Shown: piece after piece, positions 11,280 through 20,494 of the stretch
Layout of the letters: the number at the start of each line of letters is the position of its first letter
Numbering within the stretch: position 1 is the first letter of the stretch
Source: Candidatus Saccharimonadota bacterium
GTDB taxonomy: Bacteria; Pseudomonadota; Gammaproteobacteria; Enterobacterales; Enterobacteriaceae
Assembly: GCF_012562765.1 (NCBI RefSeq)
Contig: NZ_CP046226.1
Span: 210,001 to 242,000 of the forward strand
Length of the DNA stretch: 32,000 bases
Direction: 5' to 3'
The notes under the pieces: generated by a model
What the model saw: only the letters and a program-made list of their open reading frames with translations
Told to the model about the DNA's origin: nothing
Database searches by the model: none
Position numbers and translations under genes: made by a program

Positions 11280-11515
11280 AATTATTATTACCTCTTATAT
11301 TCATAAAAAATATATGTATAATTCAATATTAATTTTTAGTTAATATTTATACAAAATTCTTGAGATTAAATATGTAGGGTTTAATTTTGATTATATTAAA
11401 TTATTTTTAATAAAAACTTTACTTCAAGTCAAATTAAAACTTAATTTTTTAATAAATAAATTATTTATTACTAATTATAGTATTTAATAAAAAATATTAT
11501 ATAAAAATAATAATT

Positions 11516-11589
11516 CAGGGGTGGAGGGATTTGAACCCCCAACTATCGGTTTTGGAGACCGATGCTCTACCAATTTGAACTACACCCCT
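11516..11589 (-). tRNA. trpT: tRNA-Trp (anticodon CCA)
   Basis: The minus strand reads AGGGGTG TA GTTC AAATTGGTA GAGC A TCGGT CTCCAAA ACCGA TAGTT GGGGG TTCAAAT CCCTC CACCCCT G. This gives a full cloverleaf of 74 nt with anticodon loop CT-CCA-AA. The 3' CCA is not encoded. It is a GC-rich island in AT-rich spacer. Confidence 0.95.
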
Positions 11590-11777
11590 TAAATTTTATT
11601 AAATTAATATGTTAATGATTTAACATATGGAAGTAATCAATAATATATTATTAATTATTATGATTCAATATAAAAAATATAAATTATTATTTTAAATAAT
11701 TTTATTTGACAATTTATTTAATAAATATAATTATTAATAAATATATTTATTCAAATATTATTTTAATATATACAAAT

Positions 11778-13364
11778 ATGACAAAAAAAAATAATAAATA
11801 TGCATTAATTAGTGTTTCAAATAAATCTAATATTCTTTTTTTAGCACAAAAATTAATAGAATATAATTATAATTTAATATCTACAAAAGGAACTTATCTT
11901 TTTTTAAAGTCTCAAGGATTAAATAATGTAATAGAAATATCAGAATATCTTAATTATTCTAAATTAATGAATGAAAAAGTAAAAACATTACATCCTAAAT
12001 TATATAGAGGAATATTAAGTGATAGAAGTATTAATGATGTTATTTTCATGAAAATGAATAATATTAAAATTATTGATATAGTAGTTATTAATTTTTATCC
12101 CTTTGAAAAAAATTTTGTAGAAAAAAAAATAAACGATAATATTATTTCTAGTAATATTGATATTGGAGGACCATGTATTGTTCGAGCTGCAGCTAAAAAT
12201 TATAAAAATGTTACAGTTATAATTGATAATAAAGATTATTTATTAATTATTGATGAATTAAAAAATAATAATAGTATATTATTAAATACAAAAATTAAAT
12301 TAGCACAAAAAGCTTTTCATTATGTTTCATTATATGATAAAAAAATATCAGAATATTTTAATACAAAATACCAAAATTTAAAATATTTAAAAAATAATAA
12401 AAAAAATTATGTTTTTCCTGATAAAATAACATTAAATTTATTTAAAAAAGAAAATTTAAGATATGGTGAAAATCATCATCAAAAAAGTGCTTTATATTAC
12501 ACTGATGATAATAAATATGTAAATAATAATAATTTTGAACAAATACAAGGAAAAAAACTTTCATATAATAATATTATTGATGCTAATGTTGCTTTAGAAT
12601 GTGTACAAGAATTTTCAAATCCATCTTGTGTTATTATTAAACATGCTAATCCATGTGGTGTATCAAGTAGTCATACTCTTAAAGAAGCATATATTAATGC
12701 ATATAATACTGATCCAGTATCATATTTTGGTAGTGTAATAGCTTTTAATAAACAATTAAATTTAGAAACTGTTAATATTATTATACAAAATAATTATATA
12801 GAATTGATAATAATTCCATCAATTACTAATGAAGCTAAGATTTTAATTGCTAAAAAAAATAATATACGTATACTACTATATAATTTTAATAGTCAAATAT
12901 TATTTGAAATGAAATGTGTTAATAATGGAATACTTATACAAAATACTAATTTAAATCAAATTAATAAAAATAATATTAATATTGTTAGTAAAAGAATACC
13001 TAAAAAAAATGAAATAGAAGATATTATTTTTGGATGGAAAATAATAAAATTTGTTAAATCTAATGCTATTATTTATTGTAAAAATAATATGACTTTAGGT
13101 ATAGGTGCAGGTCAAATGAGTAGAATTGATTCTGTTAAATTAGCTATTATTAAAGCTAAAGAAAGAAAATTTAATTTACATGGATCATCAATGATTTCTG
13201 ATGCATTTTTTCCCTTTAGAGATAGTATTGATTTTATTTCAAATTTAGGTATAAAATGTATTATACAACCAGGAGGATCTTTAAGAGATAAAGAAGTTAT
13301 TGATGCTGTTAATCAATATAATTTATCTATGGTATTTACCAATATACGTTCTTTTCGTCATTAA
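11778..13364 (+). CDS. purH: bifunctional AICAR formyltransferase / IMP cyclohydrolase
   Basis: From the ATG at 11778 the product is 528 aa (E. coli PurH is 529 aa). Matches include ALISVSNK vs ALLSVSDK, KVKTLHPK, NIDIGGPCIVRAAAKNYKNV and the C-terminal FTNIRSFRH. The track start TTG at 11706 adds 24 low-complexity residues with no counterpart. Confidence 0.95.
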   Translation: MTKKNNKYALISVSNKSNILFLAQKLIEYNYNLISTKGTYLFLKSQGLNNVIEISEYLNYSKLMNEKVKTLHPKLYRGILSDRSINDVIFMKMNNIKIIDIVVINFYPFEKNFVEKKINDNIISSNIDIGGPCIVRAAAKNYKNVTVIIDNKDYLLIIDELKNNNSILLNTKIKLAQKAFHYVSLYDKKISEYFNTKYQNLKYLKNNKKNYVFPDKITLNLFKKENLRYGENHHQKSALYYTDDNKYVNNNNFEQIQGKKLSYNNIIDANVALECVQEFSNPSCVIIKHANPCGVSSSHTLKEAYINAYNTDPVSYFGSVIAFNKQLNLETVNIIIQNNYIELIIIPSITNEAKILIAKKNNIRILLYNFNSQILFEMKCVNNGILIQNTNLNQINKNNINIVSKRIPKKNEIEDIIFGWKIIKFVKSNAIIYCKNNMTLGIGAGQMSRIDSVKLAIIKAKERKFNLHGSSMISDAFFPFRDSIDFISNLGIKCIIQPGGSLRDKEVIDAVNQYNLSMVFTNIRSFRH

Positions 13365-13503
13365 ATATTATTCAATGTAATTAAAATTATTTAATAATTT
13401 TAATTATTAAAAATTAATTTAAGAATTAAATAATTCAAATTATATTTAACTATAATATAAACAATTTTAATAATTATTTATGAAAAAATTTAAGGTTTAA
13501 AAC

Positions 13504-14256
13504 ATGACTGATTGGGTTACAGGAAAAATAAAAAAAATAAATTATTGGACAAAAAATTTATTTACTATTATTTTAAATGCAAAAATAAATTCTTTTATTC
13601 CAGGTCAATTTACAAAACTATCTTTAATTATAAATGGAAAACGGATACATAGAGCATATTCTTATATAAATTCTCCTGAAAATATTAATCAAGAATTTTA
13701 TATTAAAAATATAGAAAAAAAAGGTCATTTAACACCTTATTTATATAAGTTAAATAATAATGATAAAATTATGATTTCTAAAAATGCTTCAGGATTTTTT
13801 ACTGTTAATAATATTGAATCTTGTAAAGATTTATGGATGATATCTACTGGAACAGGTATTGGACCATATTTATCAATATTACAAAATGGTAATTATTTAG
13901 AAAAATTTAAAAGAATTATTTTAATACATGCTGTAAGATATATAACAGATTTTAGTTATATTAATTTAATTAATAATCTTAAAACTAAATTTAAAAATAA
14001 ATTAATTATTCAAATTATTACTAGTAGAGAAAAACAACAAAATAATTTATTAAATGGACATATTCCTGAATTAATGAAAAATGGTATTTTAGAAAAAAAA
14101 ATAGGTATTACTATAAATAAAAATAATAGTCATATAATGTTATGTGGTAATCCTCAAATGGTTTATGATACACAAAAATTATTACAAAAAAATTATGGTT
14201 TATCTAAAAATTTAAAAAATAATAAAGGAAATATTACTATTGAAAAATATTGGTAA
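13504..14256 (+). CDS. fpr: ferredoxin/flavodoxin-NADP+ reductase
   Basis: The 250-aa ORF has MTDWVTGKIKK vs E. coli MADWVTGKVTK, the FAD motif RAYSY, GTGIGPYLSIL, MLCGNPQM and the C-terminal EKYW. AAGG lies upstream of the ATG. Confidence 0.94.
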   Translation: MTDWVTGKIKKINYWTKNLFTIILNAKINSFIPGQFTKLSLIINGKRIHRAYSYINSPENINQEFYIKNIEKKGHLTPYLYKLNNNDKIMISKNASGFFTVNNIESCKDLWMISTGTGIGPYLSILQNGNYLEKFKRIILIHAVRYITDFSYINLINNLKTKFKNKLIIQIITSREKQQNNLLNGHIPELMKNGILEKKIGITINKNNSHIMLCGNPQMVYDTQKLLQKNYGLSKNLKNNKGNITIEKYW

Positions 14257-14268
14257 TATTAATATAAA

Positions 14269-15069
14269 ATGAATAAAAAAAATATAAATATTAAACCATT
14301 TTTAATTATTGGTAATTGGAAACTTAATGGTAATACTATTTTTGTAAAAAATTATATAGATAAAATAAAAAATTTTTTAAATAAAAGAAAATTAAATTAT
14401 TGTAAAATATCTATTGCACCTTCTTATACTTATTTATATTTATCTAATATTTATTTAAATAATACTAAGATTAATTTAACAGCACAAAATGTAGATATTA
14501 ATCTTTCTGGATCTTTTACAGGTGAAATATCAGTAAATATGTTAAAAGATATAGGAGTTAAATATGTTATTATTGGACATTCAGAAAGAAGAATATTTCA
14601 TAAAGAAACTAATGAATATATATCTAAAAAATTTCATATAATTAAATCTCATGGGCTAATACCTATTTTATGTATAGGAGAAACAAAATTAGAAAAAAAT
14701 ATGAATCAAACAAAAGATATTTGTGCAAAACAACTAGATACTATATTAAATACTCAAGGAGTTCAAGCTTTTAATAATACTATTATAGCTTACGAACCAG
14801 TTTGGGCTATTGGTTCAGGTCAATCAGCTAATCCAATAGAAGTTCAAAATATTCATAAATTTATTAGAGAATATATTGCTAAAAAAGATTTAAATATATC
14901 TAAAAATATTACCATTCAATATGGAGGATCCGTAAATCAAAATAATATAGATATATTTATTAAACAAAAAGATATAAATGGTTTTTTAATAGGTAAAGCT
15001 TCTTTAACAGCAGAAAATTTTATATCTATCGTTAAAAAAGCCGAAAAAATTATAAATTCTATTCAGTAG
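14269..15069 (+). CDS. tpiA: triosephosphate isomerase
   Basis: The 266-aa ORF has GNWKLNG, IIGHSERR, CIGET, AYEPVWAIG and QYGGSV. It starts 12 nt after fpr. Its TAG stop at 15067-15069 overlaps the 3' end of convergent lysS. Confidence 0.95.
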   Translation: MNKKNINIKPFLIIGNWKLNGNTIFVKNYIDKIKNFLNKRKLNYCKISIAPSYTYLYLSNIYLNNTKINLTAQNVDINLSGSFTGEISVNMLKDIGVKYVIIGHSERRIFHKETNEYISKKFHIIKSHGLIPILCIGETKLEKNMNQTKDICAKQLDTILNTQGVQAFNNTIIAYEPVWAIGSGQSANPIEVQNIHKFIREYIAKKDLNISKNITIQYGGSVNQNNIDIFIKQKDINGFLIGKASLTAENFISIVKKAEKIINSIQ

Positions 15070-16582
15070 GTCTTAAAGTAGGAAATAAAATTACATCTCT
15101 AATAGATTGAGAATTTGTAAATAACATAATTAATCTATCAATTCCAATACCTAATCCTGCAGTTGGTGGTAATCCATATTCTAATGCTTCTATATAATCC
15201 TTATCATAAAAATTATGTTGTGTACTATCTTCTTCATTTTTTAGAAGCATTTGTTGTTTAAATCTTATTTTTTGATCTTCAGGATCATTTAATTCAGAAA
15301 AACCATTAGCTATTTCCATTCCATTAACAAAAAATTCAAATCTATCAGTTAAAGATGTATCTAATTCATTTCTACGTGCTAATGGTGATATTTCTGTAGG
15401 ATATTCTGTAATAAATGTAGGTATAATTAATTTATTTATTATTTTTTCTTCAAATATAGACGAAATTATTTTTCCTATACTCCAATTATAATTAATTTTA
15501 ACTTTTAACATATTACTAATATTTATTAATTTATTAAAATCATTAAGATCTTTATAATTAATACTAGGATAATAGTAAACTATAGATTCTTTCATAGTTA
15601 ATTTATTAAATGGTTTACTAAGATCAAATTCATTATTATTAAAAAATAATTTATTAGAATTTAATATTTTTTGACCTATATGAAATAACATTTTTTCAAG
15701 TAATATTATTAGATCGTTATAATTAGCATATGCAATATATAATTCCATCATTGTAAATTCAGGATTATGTTGTGTAGAAATACCTTCATTACGGAAATTT
15801 CTATTAATTTCAAAAATTTTATTAAATCCTCCAATAATTAATCTTTTTAAATATAATTCTGGAGCTATACGTAAATACATATTACGCTTAAAAGTATTAT
15901 GATGCGTTATAAATGGTCTAGCTGTAGCACCTCCAGGAATAATTTGCATCATTGGTGTTTCTACTTCAATGAAATTCATTTCATTCATAAAATTACGTAT
16001 AGTAAATATTATTTTTGATCTTTTTTCAAAAATTTTTTTTGATTCATTATTTACAATAAGATCTAAATATCTTTTTCTATATTTAACTTCTTGATTTTTT
16101 AAACCGTGAAATTTATTAGGTAATGGTCTAATAGATTTTGTTAATAAATAACATTTTTTAGTATATATTGATAAAACTCCAGTTTTAGTTTTAAAAATAT
16201 TACCAATAACGCCTATTATATCTCCAAGATCACATTGATATATAATTTTTTTATATTTTTTTATAGATAAACTATCAGCAGATAGATATATTTGAATATA
16301 TCCTGTTTCATCTTTTATTTTAATAAAAGATGCTTTACCCATAATACGAAAATTAATAATACGTCCAGCAATATGATATATTAAATTTTTATCCAAAATT
16401 GAATTAAGATTATTAAATCTTTTATATAAAACATCAGATGTAATATTAACTTTAAAATTATTAGGAAATGCATTATTATTTTTTCGTAATTCTATTAATT
16501 TTTTTATGCGTGATTCTCTTTCATTATTAATTATTTTAATAAAATCATTTTTTTTAAAATTTTTATTTTTTTTTTCAGACAT
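15059..16582 (-). CDS. lysS: lysyl-tRNA synthetase (class II)
   Basis: The 507-aa ORF (E. coli LysS is 505 aa) has class II motifs (FRNEGIS.., ELNDPEDQ, GLGIGIDRLIMLFT). It lies 22 nt downstream of prfB, as in the E. coli prfB-lysS operon. Confidence 0.95.
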   Translation of the reverse strand: MSEKKNKNFKKNDFIKIINNERESRIKKLIELRKNNNAFPNNFKVNITSDVLYKRFNNLNSILDKNLIYHIAGRIINFRIMGKASFIKIKDETGYIQIYLSADSLSIKKYKKIIYQCDLGDIIGVIGNIFKTKTGVLSIYTKKCYLLTKSIRPLPNKFHGLKNQEVKYRKRYLDLIVNNESKKIFEKRSKIIFTIRNFMNEMNFIEVETPMMQIIPGGATARPFITHHNTFKRNMYLRIAPELYLKRLIIGGFNKIFEINRNFRNEGISTQHNPEFTMMELYIAYANYNDLIILLEKMLFHIGQKILNSNKLFFNNNEFDLSKPFNKLTMKESIVYYYPSINYKDLNDFNKLINISNMLKVKINYNWSIGKIISSIFEEKIINKLIIPTFITEYPTEISPLARRNELDTSLTDRFEFFVNGMEIANGFSELNDPEDQKIRFKQQMLLKNEEDSTQHNFYDKDYIEALEYGLPPTAGLGIGIDRLIMLFTNSQSIRDVILFPTLRPTE

Positions 16583-16604
16583 AATAAATATTTTCCTATG
16601 TTTT

Positions 16605-17702
16605 TTATAATCCTATTTTTAAACTAGCTTTAATAAATATATCTATGTCACCGTCTAAAACAGACTGAACATTATTAGTTTCTACTCCTGTACGTATATC
16701 TTTAATTCTTGAATTATCTAAGATATAAGATCTTATTTGATTACCCCAACTTATGTCTGATTTACTATTTTCTATTTTTTGTTTTTCTATATTTTTTTTT
16801 TTAGAATCTAATTCATATAATTTTTTTTCTATTTGTTTCATTGCTTGATTTTTATTTTTATGTTGTGATCTATTATTTTGACATTGAGTTACTATACCTG
16901 TAGGTATATGAGTAATTCTTACAGCTGATTCTGTACGATTAACATGTTGTCCTCCTGCACCAGAAGATCTATATACATCAATACGTAAATCATCTGATTT
17001 TATCATTATATTAAAATTATGATTAATTTCAGGATATATAAATGTTGAACTAAATGAAGTATGACGTCTTCCATATGTATTAAAAGGACTTTTTCTTACT
17101 AAACGATGTATACCACTTTCTGTTCTTAACCAACCAAAAGCATAATTTCCTATTATTTTTATAGTTGCTGATTTTATACCTACTTTTTCTCCTAGAGATT
17201 TTTCAATTATATATGTTTTAAATTTTTTATTTTCAGCCCATTTTAAATACATTCTCATAATCATTTGTGCCCAATCTTGAGATTCTATTCCTCCTGAACC
17301 TGCTTTAATATCAATAAAACAATTTTTATTATCATTTTTTTTTATAAAAATTTTTTGAAATTCTAATTCATCTAATTTATTTTTTATAATATGTAATGTA
17401 TGATAAGATTCTTGTAATATCTCATTATCATGAGTATCAATAGCTAACTTAATTAATTCATCAATATCTATTATTTCTTGATTAATTATATTCAAAGTAA
17501 ATAAAATATTTTCTATATAAAATTTTTCTTTACTTAATTTTTTTCCATAGCTGACATTTTTCCAAATATCTGAGTTTTTCAATTGATTATTTATTTTTAG
17601 TATTTTTTTTTTAATTCTGAATAATCAAAGAAACCTCCTAATAAAATTATTTTGTTCTTTAATTTTATACAAATTATTTTTTATTAAATTAATTTCAAAC
17701 AT
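16605..17702 (-). CDS. prfB: peptide chain release factor 2, interrupted by the programmed +1 frameshift site and by a second frame change at an A10 tract
   Basis: The body ORF 16605..17582 has the SPF tripeptide ([15 protein letters not shown]), GGQ ([19 protein letters not shown]) and [12 protein letters not shown]. The true start is ATG 17702: [25 protein letters not shown], then TGA. With both frame changes the product is 365 aa, the same length as E. coli RF2. Confidence 0.9.
17603..17639 (-). promoter_or_regulatory. prfB recoding cassette: SD-like AGGAGG, CTT TGA +1 shift site, then an A10 slippery tract
   Basis: The minus strand reads AGG AGG TTT CTT TGA T TAT TCA GAA TTA AAAAAAAAA TA. 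AGGAGG is at 17639-17634, CTT TGA at 17630-17625 and the A10 run at 17612-17603. The spacing between the SD-like element and the shift codon is the same as in the E. coli RF2 autoregulatory site (AGGGGG TAT CTT TGA C). Confidence 0.85.
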
Positions 17703-17824
17703 AATAAATAAATTTCCTTAAAATAAAATTTTTTAATTAAATACAAATTAATTTCTAATAAATATTTTAATTTTAGTTTAAAAATAAATTATATAAAAAA
17801 ATAATTATTAAATATAAATTTATA

Positions 17825-17897
17825 TGGCCCTTGTTGGATTTGAACCAACGACCTAACGATTATGAGTCGCTTGCTCTAACCACTGAGCTAAAGGGCC
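17825..17897 (-). tRNA. ileX: tRNA with anticodon CAT, most likely tRNA-Ile2 (lysidine-modified CAU), not Met
   Basis: The minus strand reads GGCCCTT TA GCTC AGTGGTTA GAGC A AGCGA CTCATAA TCGTT AGGTC GTTGG TTCAAAT CCAAC AAGGGCC A (73 nt, clean cloverleaf). It is nearly identical to E. coli ileX as I recall it (GGCCCCTTAGCTCAGTGGTTAGAGCAGGCGACTCATAATCGC...). It is unlike elongator or initiator tRNA-Met: there is no C1:A72 mismatch and no GGG/CCC anticodon stem. Confidence 0.8.
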
Positions 17898-17955
17898 AAA
17901 TATTAATTATATTAATAAATAATTTAAATTATTGCAATAATATATTTAAATAATA

Positions 17956-19425
17956 TTATTTAGATAATTTTTTTAATAAATACATATTAGTATTTTCTCT
18001 TAAAATATGTATTAAAAGAATTGATGGTTTACTATTAGTAATTTTTTTTACATCTTTCATTGTATGAACTGGGATGTTATTAATATCTAATATAATATCA
18101 TCAGGATTTAAACCAACATCTTCAGCTTGGGAACTTTCCACTACTTCTATAACTTTAACACGTCTAATTTTAAATTTATGTTTTCTTTTATTTACTTTAT
18201 TTATTACTATATTTTCTAATTGAGCACCTTCTATTCCAATATAATGTTGAGATAAAGCTAAACTATCTGAATCTTCTTCTAAAATAAGCATTATATTTCT
18301 TATTTTACCATTACGTATAATAGTAAGTTTTACTTTAGTACCAACAGGTAATACACATATTCGTGATTTTAATTCATAGAAACTATCAAATTTTTTATCA
18401 TTCATTAAAATAATTATATCACCTGCTTTGATACCACTATCATATGCAGTAGAATCTGCTATAACATTAGTAACAAAAGTTCCACCTTTTATATTTGTAG
18501 TTGGAGCTTTCATAATATTAGCTAATGTTTTATTAATACCTATACCTACAATACCAAAAGAAACATGTCTTATTCTACCATATTTAATTAATTCATGACT
18601 TAAACTAGAAATTGCATTACTAGGAATAGCAAAACCAATTCCTACATTTCCTCCATCAGGAGATAAAATAGCAGAATTAAGACCAATTAATTCACCATTT
18701 AAATTTATTAATGCACCTCCAGAATTACCACGATTCATAGCAGCATCTGTTTGGATAAAATTTTCGTAAGTACTTGTATTAACTCCATTACGTCCTAAAC
18801 CAGATATAATTCCAGTTGTTACTGTATTTCCTAATCCATAAGGATTACCTATAGCAATAGTATAATCTCCAATTTTTAATTTATCAGAATCAGCCATTTT
18901 AAAAGCAATAAGATTTTTAGCATTTTTTATTTTAATTATTGCTATATCTATTTTAGGATCTGAACCTATTACAGAACCTTCAAAATAACGACCATCATTT
19001 AATTCAATTTCTATTTTTTTAGCTTTATCTATAACATGGTGATTAGTTATAATATATCCATTTTTAGCATCTATTATAACTCCAGATGCTAATGAACGAA
19101 ATTTAGTTTCTAAGTTAGCATCAGCAAAACTACCTGTTGGACAAAGAGGTGTCTCTCTATACATAGAACCTTCCTCACAAAAATCAGGATTATTTCCTAA
19201 TAATTCTTGTAATTGTGGAGGTAAAGCAAAATTAGTTATCATATAACTACCATCTACTGTTATATTTACAACAGAAGGCATTGCTTTATTTAACATTTTA
19301 GATAAACTAGGTAATTTTTGATTTAATAATTGAGATGATAATGATGTTGCATGAATTTTTACTAAAGATTGTGCTGATATAATAATACAAAATATAAAAT
19401 ATACAATTAATTTTAATTTTTTCAT
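17956..19425 (-). CDS. degP: periplasmic serine endoprotease/chaperone DegP (HtrA)
   Basis: The 489-aa ORF has an N-terminal signal peptide (MKKLKLIVYFIFCIIISAQS). The catalytic triad contexts are TNHHVI, DIAIIKI and GNSGGAL. The Cys pair of the LA loop (FCEEGS...PLCPTG) is typical of DegP. Two PDZ-like C-terminal regions follow. Confidence 0.92.
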   Translation of the reverse strand: MKKLKLIVYFIFCIIISAQSLVKIHATSLSSQLLNQKLPSLSKMLNKAMPSVVNITVDGSYMITNFALPPQLQELLGNNPDFCEEGSMYRETPLCPTGSFADANLETKFRSLASGVIIDAKNGYIITNHHVIDKAKKIEIELNDGRYFEGSVIGSDPKIDIAIIKIKNAKNLIAFKMADSDKLKIGDYTIAIGNPYGLGNTVTTGIISGLGRNGVNTSTYENFIQTDAAMNRGNSGGALINLNGELIGLNSAILSPDGGNVGIGFAIPSNAISSLSHELIKYGRIRHVSFGIVGIGINKTLANIMKAPTTNIKGGTFVTNVIADSTAYDSGIKAGDIIILMNDKKFDSFYELKSRICVLPVGTKVKLTIIRNGKIRNIMLILEEDSDSLALSQHYIGIEGAQLENIVINKVNKRKHKFKIRRVKVIEVVESSQAEDVGLNPDDIILDINNIPVHTMKDVKKITNSKPSILLIHILRENTNMYLLKKLSK

Positions 19426-19704
19426 TCTATTATCTCATAATAAAATTCAATAGTTTTTTTATATTTATAAAAATACAAAAAATAGTTAAAAATTAATAAT
19501 CTTATATATAAGAATAACATAAAAAATATATATAAAATTTTCTCAAATAATAAGATAATTCAAACTCTTTTAAAATACATATTTTAATATATAAGTATAA
19601 ATTATAATTATAATTTTAATTTTTTAATCATTAAAAATTTTTACAATTTTATATACTTAATATAGTATATAGAATACTCTTATATTTAGTAATAATAAAT
19701 ACAT

Positions 19705-20382
19705 ATGTTAGATAAATTTAAAAAAATTGCTGCTCATGCTGCTATAAATTATATAAATAATAATAATAATATTAATATTATTGGTATTGGTACAGGTACA
19801 ACAATAAAATATTTTATTAATATGTTATCTAGTATTAAAAATAAGATTAATGGATTTGTTTCTACTTCTATTTCATCTACAATTGAATTAAAAAAATATG
19901 ATTTTCATATTTATGATAGTAACGAAGTAAATTCAATTGATATATATTTTGATAGTGCTGATGAAATAAATAAAAAAATGGAAATGATAAAAGGAGGAGG
20001 AGCTGCATTAACTAATGAAAAAATAGTTTCTAGTATTGCTAAGATATTTATATGTATTGTTGATCAATCTAAACATGTAAAAATTTTAGGTAAAAAACAT
20101 CCTTTACCTATTGAAATTATACCATTAGCTAAATCTTATATTTTTAAAGAATTATCTAAATTAGGAGGTCATCCAAAACATAGAAAAGGAATTATTACAG
20201 AACATGGAAATATAATAATAGATATATATAATTTAGATATTAGTAAACCAGTAAAATTAGAAAAATATATTAATTCTATTACTGGGGTAGTAACAGTAGG
20301 TTTATTTGCTAATAGATGTGCTGATATTATTATAACTGGAAATTATGATTATACTGTATCAATTATAGATAATAAAAAATAA
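19705..20382 (+). CDS. rpiA: ribose-5-phosphate isomerase A
   Basis: The 225-aa ORF has GIGTGTT, DSADEIN..MEMIKGGGAALTNEKI and GVVTVGLFANR, collinear with E. coli RpiA (219 aa). Confidence 0.94.
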   Translation: MLDKFKKIAAHAAINYINNNNNINIIGIGTGTTIKYFINMLSSIKNKINGFVSTSISSTIELKKYDFHIYDSNEVNSIDIYFDSADEINKKMEMIKGGGAALTNEKIVSSIAKIFICIVDQSKHVKILGKKHPLPIEIIPLAKSYIFKELSKLGGHPKHRKGIITEHGNIIIDIYNLDISKPVKLEKYINSITGVVTVGLFANRCADIIITGNYDYTVSIIDNKK

Positions 20383-20494
20383 TTGCTTAATAATTAATTA
20401 AAATTAAAATATTTTAAAAAATATTATTAAAAAATTTCATTTTTAATTAATATAATTAAACTAATTAAAATATTTACTAAAAAAATAATATATT

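Noticed and set aside
11280-11515. Search for an ilvL leader peptide; the short ATG-initiated frame ATG AAT ATA AGA GGT.. just upstream of ilvG
   Set aside because: It is out of frame with ilvG, overlaps the ilvG Shine-Dalgarno, contains no Ile/Leu/Val run and has no associated attenuator hairpins.
11706-11777. Upstream TTG start giving PurH a 24-residue N-terminal extension (MTIYLINIIINKYIYSNIILIYTN)
   Set aside because: The extension has no counterpart in PurH and is pure low-complexity sequence. The ATG at 11778 gives a 528-aa product versus 529 aa in E. coli. The TTG is part of a TTGACA hexamer (11706-11711) that is more plausibly a -35 element. The best TATAAT (11726-11731) is only 14 nt away, so even the promoter call is weak.
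13378-13406. All-A/T hairpin TAATTAAAATTA-TTTAA-TAATTTTAATTA after purH; similar A/T-only palindromes occur in other spacers (e.g. 24745-24768)
   Set aside because: The stems contain no G:C pairs and there is no clear U-tract. Such palindromes are expected by chance at this base composition, so they are not reported as terminators.
17625-17627. Possibility that TGA is reassigned to Trp (as in some tiny symbiont genomes), making the prfB in-frame TGA a sense codon
   Set aside because: gmhA terminates at TGA (4614-4616) close to the expected C-terminus. All 20 complete genes are full length under the standard code. Conserved Trp positions (for example in Fpr, CorA and CydA) use TGG. RF2, the UGA-reading factor, is itself retained with an intact SPF motif.
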